A stretch of 32,067 nt of DNA from a virus (Duplodnaviria > Caudoviricetes), in IMG/VR virus record IMGVR_UViG_3300017912_000811, positions 1 to 32,067 of that record, one strand, 5' to 3'. This document shows positions 18,884-26,189 of this stretch, piece by piece. Position numbers and translations under genes: made by a program. Position 1 is the stretch's first letter, and the number at the start of each line of letters is the position of its first letter. The notes beneath the pieces are model-generated. The model saw nothing but the letters and a program-made list of their open reading frames with translations, did no database searches and was not told the DNA's origin.

Positions 18884-19325
18884 CTTCTTCTACATCCCCG
18901 TCTTCAAATATGTTACCTGCAAAGTCACACTTCTCTAAAAGTTTTAATACTTTCTCCTCACCTAGTGTATTAAGACAACCTACGATAGCAGTCTCTAATG
19001 TATCTTTATCTAGTCCACTGTTAACATCGCCACTTGCTCCACGTATTCTAGATAATAACTCTAATGCTTTTAATGCACTGTTAGAATGACCATTGTTCTT
19101 AGCATACTCGTATTGTTTTTCTAATTCGCCTATAACATCTACGTCTGTTTCAAGTTGCTGCTCTAGTTCATGTACTCTATCAACTACTTCTTGATTCTGC
19201 ATAAGGCGATAGCCTTGGTTATATGCAGAGTCAGCAGCGTAGCCAGCATTCTTTGCAGCCTCTGTAGCATTACGGTGTAGTACATATGCTTGTGCAAACT
19301 TCTCTTGCTTTTCATTTAGAGCCAT
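18858..19325 (-). CDS. terS: Terminase small subunit
   Basis: LNEKQEKFAQAYV...NATEAAKNAGY...AYNQGYRLM HTH typical of the Terminase_2 family; ALKALELL motif. Confidence 0.85.
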   Translation of the reverse strand: MALNEKQEKFAQAYVLHRNATEAAKNAGYAADSAYNQGYRLMQNQEVVDRVHELEQQLETDVDVIGELEKQYEYAKNNGHSNSALKALELLSRIRGASGDVNSGLDKDTLETAIVGCLNTLGEEKVLKLLEKCDFAGNIFEDGDVEEDDKEMEGI

Positions 19326-19665
19326 GAGCTTCTCCTACTGTCTCACGTTCTATATCATTGTGATCAAACTCTGCCCAGTATAATTCTAATGCTTCACCAT
19401 CTGTCGCTGCTTCAAACTGATGATACTCTCCGGGCTTTACTGTAGTCCACTCACCTTGTCTAAGAAAAGTTTCATCTACTAGATCATAGTCATTCTTCCA
19501 CACTCGAATAATTAAAACACCTTTTGTTACATAGAAACCATTCCACTTGTATTTATGTTTGTGTTTGCTACACTTACTTCCTTCTTTAAATAAAATGTGA
19601 TGAAATTCAAAGACACCATTTTGAAATATGGTAGAGGTTTGACCCCAGACTTTTCCTGCTTTCAT
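19312..19665 (-). CDS. Cupin-fold protein (sugar isomerase / D-lyxose ketol-isomerase-like)
   Basis: GKVWG N-terminus, CSKHKHKYKWNGFYVTKG and VKPGEYHQFEA cupin motifs, DIER C-terminus. Confidence 0.8.
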   Translation of the reverse strand: MKAGKVWGQTSTIFQNGVFEFHHILFKEGSKCSKHKHKYKWNGFYVTKGVLIIRVWKNDYDLVDETFLRQGEWTTVKPGEYHQFEAATDGEALELYWAEFDHNDIERETVGEAHGSK

Positions 19666-20066
19666 TGCTTCATATTATTTCTAGCAACACCCTTCCACTT
19701 CTCTGCTGTACGCATACCGCCAAGACCAAGAAGCGCAAGAATGAGACTTGTTAGTTCTCCTGTTTCTAATACAGGTAGTGTTACCATTGGATACCAAGTT
19801 ATAATAATCCATGAAGATATAGGTGCAAGAATAAACTGCCAACCAAGAGCTATGGCACATATCCACATGATGGCTGGTCTAGCTCCGGCAACAAAGATAG
19901 AGGGATGTTTAGCTTGCTCTAGATTTGTCTGTGCTTGAGCAAGATCAAGACTAATCATCTGCTGTTTTAGTTCTGCTTCTAGTTTTGTCTTGAGATCTTT
20001 GTCTTCTACAAACTTATCAAGAACTTTACCAGCTACACCTACTACACTTTCTGCAAGTCCTAACAT
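19662..20066 (-). CDS. Holin of 3TMs (GTA_holin_3TM-like)
   Basis: LDKFVEDKD...NLEQAKHPSIFVAGARPAIMW...LLGLGGMRTAEK motifs. Confidence 0.85.
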   Translation of the reverse strand: MLGLAESVVGVAGKVLDKFVEDKDLKTKLEAELKQQMISLDLAQAQTNLEQAKHPSIFVAGARPAIMWICAIALGWQFILAPISSWIIITWYPMVTLPVLETGELTSLILALLGLGGMRTAEKWKGVARNNMKQ

Positions 20067-20753
20067 TTAAATCTCCTTTATCTCAAAGATTGTTGGATGA
20101 TATTTAATTTGAAATAATCTACTTGCTATACCATGATCATCTAATCTATAGTCTGCATGAACATATACTGTAAGATCTTTATAACTTTCATCCTTTAATA
20201 ATTTACAGAAGAACCTAGCCCATACCTCTGGATTATAAATAGATACATGTACATTCTCACCATCAGGAAACTTCTTAACTGCTGGCATACAAGAGATATT
20301 AAAGAAAGCAATCTTCTTTGCAAAAGATAGAATGTTTTCTACTACCCATTTCATATCTGAGGAAGGCACATGCTCAAGAACATCTGTACATATGACTGCA
20401 TCTTGTCTGTCATCAGGAAGTTTATCATGTTCTTTATAGCCCGGATCATAGAGATGATAGTTATCTAGAATCCATAGTTTAGGAAGAGGTGCAGACAATC
20501 CAGATGCAATCTTCTTGTAGTCTTCTGTATATAGTTGGCCCTTACCACAACCATAATCTAATATGGATTTAATGTCATGTCTTTCAATAAGATTTTTAAT
20601 ATAGTATACAAACTTATATAAACTCTTTCCATTGAACATTTCATCTGATGAATCATGCATGTCAACGTATTGATTTAATAACTTCGTATATCTCTCTGAT
20701 GGTGACTTAGCAGAATACTCTTCACCATATTTTATTTCCGTATCATTAAGCAT
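20067..20753 (-). CDS. Class I SAM-dependent methyltransferase
   Basis: SILDYGCGKG motif I; YDPG; DAVICTDVLEHVP. Confidence 0.88.
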   Translation of the reverse strand: MLNDTEIKYGEEYSAKSPSERYTKLLNQYVDMHDSSDEMFNGKSLYKFVYYIKNLIERHDIKSILDYGCGKGQLYTEDYKKIASGLSAPLPKLWILDNYHLYDPGYKEHDKLPDDRQDAVICTDVLEHVPSSDMKWVVENILSFAKKIAFFNISCMPAVKKFPDGENVHVSIYNPEVWARFFCKLLKDESYKDLTVYVHADYRLDDHGIASRLFQIKYHPTIFEIKEI

Positions 20754-23133
20754 AATAATTCCTAAACTGTGGTCTTTTTTCTTTCTGTAGTTTTATGTCC
20801 CAAAGATCAGCAACCATTGTTCCTTCTCCATGAAACTGTAGTACACCATCTAGTGATGTGTCTGCAAATATTTTCTCACAATCCTGTGCCATAGCAAGAA
20901 GCTCTCCTGTAGTCCAGTATGTTTTATCTCCTACAGTTACCTGTATGTATTTAGGTTTAGGAGTTTCACCGCCTTCAAGATCTCCAGTTGTTTCTGTTTT
21001 TTCTTCATCTGTTGGCTCATCTCTACAACAATCAAAACCAAATAGATGTAACTCACGAAAGCCCATTGTATGCATCATACCTATGCCACGCATGGCTGCA
21101 CATGTACCACCTGTAATAAGTGTTGCACCTTGTGGTATTCCAAGATCTTCATTTAACTTAACTGTTTGATTTTGTATGGCTGTTTGTCTTTCATCTTCTC
21201 TACGTAGTGACTCAGTAAAAGCATGCCATCCCCATATATTAACATCACGATCTTTTAAATGTTTTGTTACAGAAGGATCAGTCATAGAGGCAACAAAGAA
21301 TATTGTATCAGGATCTATATCTTTAAACAAGTCTTTTCTTACAATGTTGTGTGTACTCTTACCTTCAATAGAGCGAGGATCTAAAACAATACAACCCCAA
21401 GGTTTAATACCATGTTTAAGTAAGTGAGGATATGCATGTTTAACAGCTAAAACTTTTGGATCTCTATCACGTTCTTTCTCTACTTTAATAAAACTTTTTA
21501 GTTTATCATAGTCAAGATAAGGTCCAGCAGATACTATGATACCTAGTTCTCTATGAGCAGGATGTTTTACAACCCACTTCTTTTCATCAATCATCTTAAC
21601 ATTTGTTTGGATGTTTGTCTGAATGTATTCTTTAGGAACACAGTCACGAGGATGAACAACAATAGGTACACGTTTGATATCTTCAGGTATGTCTACTGCA
21701 TTTACATCATGTATAAATAAAACAAGATGTGTACAACCACCGCCTACAACTCTATCATTTGATGGGAGTACATGCTTACGTGTTGTTGCTTCTTCATCAA
21801 ACGTAGTCCAACCATCTTCGTCTGGTACATTCTCTGCTTCTACTTTCTTAGTTGCAACAGATTTAAAGACTTCGTTTACACCTTGATACTTCTCAGGTGG
21901 TATTTCATCTGCTTCATCTTTTGTAAAGTAATGATCAGCTATAACAACAGGAACATTCTTCAGTATCTCATATTCATGAGCTACAGTATTGATGCTATTA
22001 CCACTACCGATGATAGCAAAATCAACTTCAGAAGCGTGAGAAGAAGTGAGGGTATCTTTGACATCGCCTTTGTAAAGTTCAAAGGTAAACTCTTTGTCTT
22101 GTTCTTTTTTAACATAGTCAGCAAACTCCGTCAGTCGTTTCTGTACAGCCGCCATTGTGTTATGTGCTTTGGAATTAAACTCTATGCTATCAGTCTCTGC
22201 CGTAGCATCTTCAAATAAATCAAAACCAATGTAGTGTATTTTATCTTTTCTGTCGAAAGCAGCAAGCGACATTTCAATAGCTCGACCTGCATTCCATGTA
22301 CCTGTCTCAAGGATTGTTTCAGGTTCATAGTGTCTTATTAAATCAGCTAGTTGTTTGTATCTTTGAGGAAGAATGTCAGGTGTTGTAGCGTCTTCTCTTA
22401 GAGCTACGACTCTGTTACCATCAGAGTCTCTAAGGTTCTTAGTTGTAGGATTGTTTGTATCTACAAATAATTCATTAATATAATTAATAGTTTCTTCTGT
22501 TATTATCTTGTAAGAGAAACCATGAGCATTATATAAAGATAGAAGAGTGTTTAAAATAAGAGCAGCATTCCACTCTCTATAATTCATAAACTCGTCTGTT
22601 ATAAATGCACCACGTACATCAGCAAGCAACTCCACGGCAGACTGATTTGTAATATCAAATGCCATGAAGTGATCAAAGTCTTGCAGCTTTAGAAAAGAAA
22701 ATGTTTTCTCTTTAGGTGGTAGAATATTTTTAATAGAAGATAATCGAATGTTTTTCATGGTGTAGCAGTAAGGATCAAGCCACACCATCCACGAATCTTT
22801 ATTATTAAATGCACACTCACTCAATGCAAATATCTTTGGGGCCTGACCTGTAGCATCAAGCATAACATTGTATTCAATGGCTCCCGCTTCAGTACCGTCA
22901 TGTGTTTTATTACGTTCCATGAAAGAGTTGAAGTCATCAAGCTCTTCTAGATTGTGATAAAATATATTCTTACTCTCAGGTAAAGAGTAGTTATCCAAAT
23001 CTACATCATAATAATAACAGTGAAACTCTATACTCTTTACAGGTTGCCACTTATCTACAAACTGTTGAATAAGTTTAGCAGCATTCTTGTTTAGAATTGT
23101 TTCATTAAAACAAGTTACTATTTTATATTTCAT
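20746..23133 (-). CDS. Three-domain fusion: GT-A-like glycosyltransferase + SAM methyltransferase-like + Maf/DUF115 (MptE-like) domain
   Basis: N-terminal VTCF...KIFAL...WMVWLD; middle ILETGTWNAGRA...YIGFDLFE...YKGD; C-terminal IIVSAGPYL...GIKP...LDPR...GGTCAAMR...MGFRELHLFGFD. Confidence 0.7.
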   Translation of the reverse strand: MKYKIVTCFNETILNKNAAKLIQQFVDKWQPVKSIEFHCYYYDVDLDNYSLPESKNIFYHNLEELDDFNSFMERNKTHDGTEAGAIEYNVMLDATGQAPKIFALSECAFNNKDSWMVWLDPYCYTMKNIRLSSIKNILPPKEKTFSFLKLQDFDHFMAFDITNQSAVELLADVRGAFITDEFMNYREWNAALILNTLLSLYNAHGFSYKIITEETINYINELFVDTNNPTTKNLRDSDGNRVVALREDATTPDILPQRYKQLADLIRHYEPETILETGTWNAGRAIEMSLAAFDRKDKIHYIGFDLFEDATAETDSIEFNSKAHNTMAAVQKRLTEFADYVKKEQDKEFTFELYKGDVKDTLTSSHASEVDFAIIGSGNSINTVAHEYEILKNVPVVIADHYFTKDEADEIPPEKYQGVNEVFKSVATKKVEAENVPDEDGWTTFDEEATTRKHVLPSNDRVVGGGCTHLVLFIHDVNAVDIPEDIKRVPIVVHPRDCVPKEYIQTNIQTNVKMIDEKKWVVKHPAHRELGIIVSAGPYLDYDKLKSFIKVEKERDRDPKVLAVKHAYPHLLKHGIKPWGCIVLDPRSIEGKSTHNIVRKDLFKDIDPDTIFFVASMTDPSVTKHLKDRDVNIWGWHAFTESLRREDERQTAIQNQTVKLNEDLGIPQGATLITGGTCAAMRGIGMMHTMGFRELHLFGFDCCRDEPTDEEKTETTGDLEGGETPKPKYIQVTVGDKTYWTTGELLAMAQDCEKIFADTSLDGVLQFHGEGTMVADLWDIKLQKEKRPQFRNYYA

Positions 23134-23893
23134 GACTACTTATCTTTCTTGTACCTGCTAGGTATGTATAGTCTGCATTCCATTCTGCTGCGTACTTACC
23201 ATCAATATGCCTACCACACTTCCACTGTTTAAACCAAGGACCACCTGTAGTAAAATGTACATTCTTAGCTTCAACATCTTCAGGAGAGTGATTGTCTAGC
23301 CAGTTCCACTCTTCATCTATAGCACCAATGTCAGCTTCTTTATCTGGCAACCAACCAAATGCATGAAGCCACTGACCTGTCTGTGTGTTTACAACCTCTG
23401 GAGTAAGCGTTCTATTTAATGGATGTGAACAGTTCCATAGAACAAAACTAGACCAGTTCTTTCTACGATAGTTTTCTTGTTTCATGCCATCCATCTTAAC
23501 GCCATCGCCGGGTTCATATTTATGTTTAACACAATATAATGGATAGTATTCTAAATTATATTCATCAAATAAACTATTTATATCTGTACGTGGATACATA
23601 TCACAGTCCATGTACAAAGCCCAACCCTCATACATATTCATAGCTGGTACTAGAAACCTAGTAAAACTAAACTCAGTTGAGAAAGGTCTGCCATCTATGA
23701 TATCAATGTTCTGACCATCTATAACTTCATGTTTCCTAGTATACATACCAGTTAGTTCTAGAATATCTTTTCTTATAGGAACAATACGTACATTCTCTAC
23801 AGATATACGTTCTATTGTAAATCTTAATACGTCATAAGCTACCTGTTCTTTAGGATCATAGCCTATGTAAATAGTGTTGGGTGCTTTTCTCAT
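23123..23893 (-). CDS. GT-A (GT8-related, CDI-like) glycosyltransferase; start likely ATG 23893
   Basis: IYIGYDPKE, STEFSFTRFLVP, ALYMDCD (DxD), KNWSSFVLWNC.HP, HFTTGGPWF; GGAGA RBS before ATG 23893. Confidence 0.85.
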   Translation of the reverse strand: MRKAPNTIYIGYDPKEQVAYDVLRFTIERISVENVRIVPIRKDILELTGMYTRKHEVIDGQNIDIIDGRPFSTEFSFTRFLVPAMNMYEGWALYMDCDMYPRTDINSLFDEYNLEYYPLYCVKHKYEPGDGVKMDGMKQENYRRKNWSSFVLWNCSHPLNRTLTPEVVNTQTGQWLHAFGWLPDKEADIGAIDEEWNWLDNHSPEDVEAKNVHFTTGGPWFKQWKCGRHIDGKYAAEWNADYTYLAGTRKISSHEI

Positions 23894-23902
23894 TATATCT
23901 CC

Positions 23903-23937
23903 AGAAATAATGGGGAGCAAAATTAATTACTCCCCAT
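23903..23937 (-). terminator. Hairpin / weak intrinsic terminator after hsp20
   Basis: Minus strand ATGGGGAG-TAATTAATTTTG-CTCCCCAT followed by TATTTCT. Confidence 0.6.
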
Positions 23938-23943
23938 AGTTTG

Positions 23944-24366
23944 TTATTGTATTTCTATTTGTCTAGGCTTTTCTTCTTCAGGTATCTCTACAACAATCTT
24001 CAATGTTAGTAGACCGTCTTCAAAAGACACATCACTTACTCGTGTATTGTTGAGTAGATTAAACTTCTTAGTGAAAGGTCTTTTAGCAATACCATTATGT
24101 ATATACTTTCTATCTACAGTACTACCAACATCATCAACTTTCTTAGTGTTACTAATTGTAACAATATTCTTTTCTTGTATTACACTGATATCTTCTTTAG
24201 AAAATCCAGCCAGTGCTAGTTTAATTTCATAGGATAGATCATCAAGCTTGATAATATCGTAAGGTGGATATTGATTGGTCTGTTCTTTTATACTATACAG
24301 TAAGCTGTCAAAGCCTATTGAATTTTCTAAAAAGTTTTTTACCATAGATTCTGTGTATGGAAACAT
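23944..24366 (-). CDS. hsp20: Small heat-shock protein Hsp20 (IbpA-like); start likely ATG 24366
   Basis: IGFD, YPPYDI, LALAGF, YIHNGIAKRPFTKKF, FEDGLLTL, PEEEKPRQIEI; perfect TAAGGAGGT SD at 24379-24371. Confidence 0.93.
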   Translation of the reverse strand: MFPYTESMVKNFLENSIGFDSLLYSIKEQTNQYPPYDIIKLDDLSYEIKLALAGFSKEDISVIQEKNIVTISNTKKVDDVGSTVDRKYIHNGIAKRPFTKKFNLLNNTRVSDVSFEDGLLTLKIVVEIPEEEKPRQIEIQ

Positions 24367-24415
24367 AATTACCTCCTTATTAAGCAAAGTGTATGTGATC
24401 TATTATTAGCATCAC
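24367..24415 (-). promoter_or_regulatory. Putative ROSE-like RNA thermometer 5'UTR of hsp20
   Basis: GUGAU-G-CUA[AUAA]UAG-AUCAC hairpin, then ACUUUGCUU[AAU]AAGGAGGU in which UUGCU pairs with the SD with a bulged G. Confidence 0.65.
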
Positions 24416-24421
24416 ACATAT

Positions 24422-24450
24422 ATTATAATACAAGATATGTCATTTGTCAA
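24422..24450 (-). promoter_or_regulatory. Consensus sigma70 promoter for hsp20
   Basis: TTGACA(24450-24445)-17 nt-TATAAT(24427-24422), perfect consensus. Confidence 0.85.
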
Positions 24451-24680
24451 GAACTTTTTTGACCGGGTACTGTATCAGCTATTTTATTTTTAGATAGTTT
24501 AAAGCTTAACTCATCAATAATAGCACTTGTAGTTTCTGAAAAAAGTCCCGGTACTATTGCATGTATTATTGAAAATATCATAGCAAAAAATAGATACGGA
24601 ATCATACTTAATGCAAACCAAAAGTGTTTCCAATAAGACATTTTTACTTCTTGTAAGTGCTCTTTAGTTTGCCCAAACAT
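24447..24680 (-). CDS. Small membrane protein (DUF6356-like); start likely ATG 24680
   Basis: HL.EV.MSYWKH...IHAIVPGLFSETTS pattern; GGAGA RBS within the nrdB 3' end. Confidence 0.65.
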   Translation of the reverse strand: MFGQTKEHLQEVKMSYWKHFWFALSMIPYLFFAMIFSIIHAIVPGLFSETTSAIIDELSFKLSKNKIADTVPGQKSS

Positions 24681-25635
24681 CTGACCAATCTCCTTGTAAT
24701 GCACCTTTAGCATAGTCTGTAGCTCTGTTCTCAAAGAAGTTTGTATGAGTAGGAGCATTGATCATAGTCTCTACCCACGGTAATGGGTTAGTCTTGACTT
24801 TGAATATACCTTTCATACCCATAGATATTAGTCTACGATCTGCTATATACCGAATGTATTCCTTAACTTCTGTCGGAGTAAGGCCATCAATCGCACCCAT
24901 CTTAAACGCAAGATCGACAAATTTATCTTCCAGTTCAACCATCTTAGTTGCCGTCTTATAGATTTCTGATTTGGTTTTGTCATTCCAAACATCCCTATTC
25001 TCTTCTACATAAGTTCTAAATAACTTAATCATACCTTCTGCATGTTGTGTCTCATCTACAATAGACCATGTAACTATCTGTCCCATGCCCTTCATCTTGC
25101 CATGTCGAGGAAAGTTAAGCAGCATAATAAAGCTACTGAACAATGCCAAGCCTTCAGTGAAAGCAGAGATAGCTGCAATCTGTAGAGGTATGGGCAGCTT
25201 ACCAGAAGCTACGTTTGCCTTGAAGAACTCATGCTTGTCTCGCATAGCTTCATACTCATTGAACTCATTGTACGTTGTCTCTGGCATACCAAGAGATTCA
25301 ATAAGATGTGAGTATGCAGCTACATGCAAAGCCTCACGAGCAGCAAAGCCAGACAACATCATACGTATCTCTGGTTGTGGAAAATTAGGTAGATAATTAT
25401 TTACGTACCCACCAGATACATCTATGTCCGACTGTGTGAAGAAACGAAAGATGTTAGTAAGAAAGTACTTCTCTTCTGTAGATAGTTTATCTTTCCAATC
25501 CTTTACATCTTCAATCATTGGCACTTCAGTATGAAGCCAGTGTGATTGCTCATGCTTGAGCCATGCATCATAAGCCCAAGGATAATGAAATGGTTTGAAA
25601 TAGTCTCGTTCATCTTGTAGTTTTAACTCAGTCAT
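24664..25635 (-). CDS. nrdB: Ribonucleotide reductase class Ia beta subunit (start 25635 or 25650)
   Basis: FFTQSD, REALHVAAYS, TEGLALFSSF, VDETQH di-iron ligands; NFFENRATDY C-terminus. Confidence 0.95.
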   Translation of the reverse strand: MTELKLQDERDYFKPFHYPWAYDAWLKHEQSHWLHTEVPMIEDVKDWKDKLSTEEKYFLTNIFRFFTQSDIDVSGGYVNNYLPNFPQPEIRMMLSGFAAREALHVAAYSHLIESLGMPETTYNEFNEYEAMRDKHEFFKANVASGKLPIPLQIAAISAFTEGLALFSSFIMLLNFPRHGKMKGMGQIVTWSIVDETQHAEGMIKLFRTYVEENRDVWNDKTKSEIYKTATKMVELEDKFVDLAFKMGAIDGLTPTEVKEYIRYIADRRLISMGMKGIFKVKTNPLPWVETMINAPTHTNFFENRATDYAKGALQGDWSDVWAN

Positions 25636-26188
25636 TTTTCTCTGCCCCATGATTAGCGTGAAAATTATACTTTATATCTGCTACTCTTCTAGCTTCTACT
25701 GCTTCTTCAAGAGTAGAATAACGTCCTAAACATTTACTAACATTATTAATTGCTATGTGTGCTCTATATTTATTATTATCTTTATCATAGTAAACACCAT
25801 TATGTCCTACTTTATTATTGGATTGTAGTGTTCTGTTTCTATTATTTTCAGAAGGAGTGACTTCTCTAAGATTAATTATTCTATTGTCAGTTGTATTGTG
25901 ATTAATATGATCTATTTGATTTTTAGGTAAACAACCATAATAATGTAGCCATATTATACGATGTGCTAAATATTTTTTTCCAAAAATTCTACCTTCTTTT
26001 CTTGAAATTCTTCCAGTTTTTTGACGATAGATAGTAGTGAATGCTTCCTTACCAGAAAATTTACCGTTCCATTTATCTCTATCATGTTTATTTTTAAAAT
26101 ACTTTAGAGGTCTTTCCTTCCAAAAAAGATCTCCAGTATTAGGATTATAGTCTAATAACTCTCTAACTATTTCAGCAGTCAATTCCAT
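25628..26188 (-). mobile_element. Free-standing HNH homing endonuclease with C-terminal AP2-like domain; start likely ATG 26188
   Basis: YNPNTGDLFW, YLAHRIIW, IDHINHNTTDNRIINLREVT..EN..N, GVYY...YRAHI...LGRY.T.EEA..AR; inserted between nrdA and nrdB; more AT-rich than the flanks. Confidence 0.9.
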
Positions 26189-26189
26189 G

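Noticed and set aside
24380-24420. CIRCE (HrcA) operator upstream of hsp20
   Set aside because: Only a partial half-site (GATGCTAA) is present, not TTAGCACTC-N9-GAGTGCTAA. The symmetry is better explained as an RNA hairpin.
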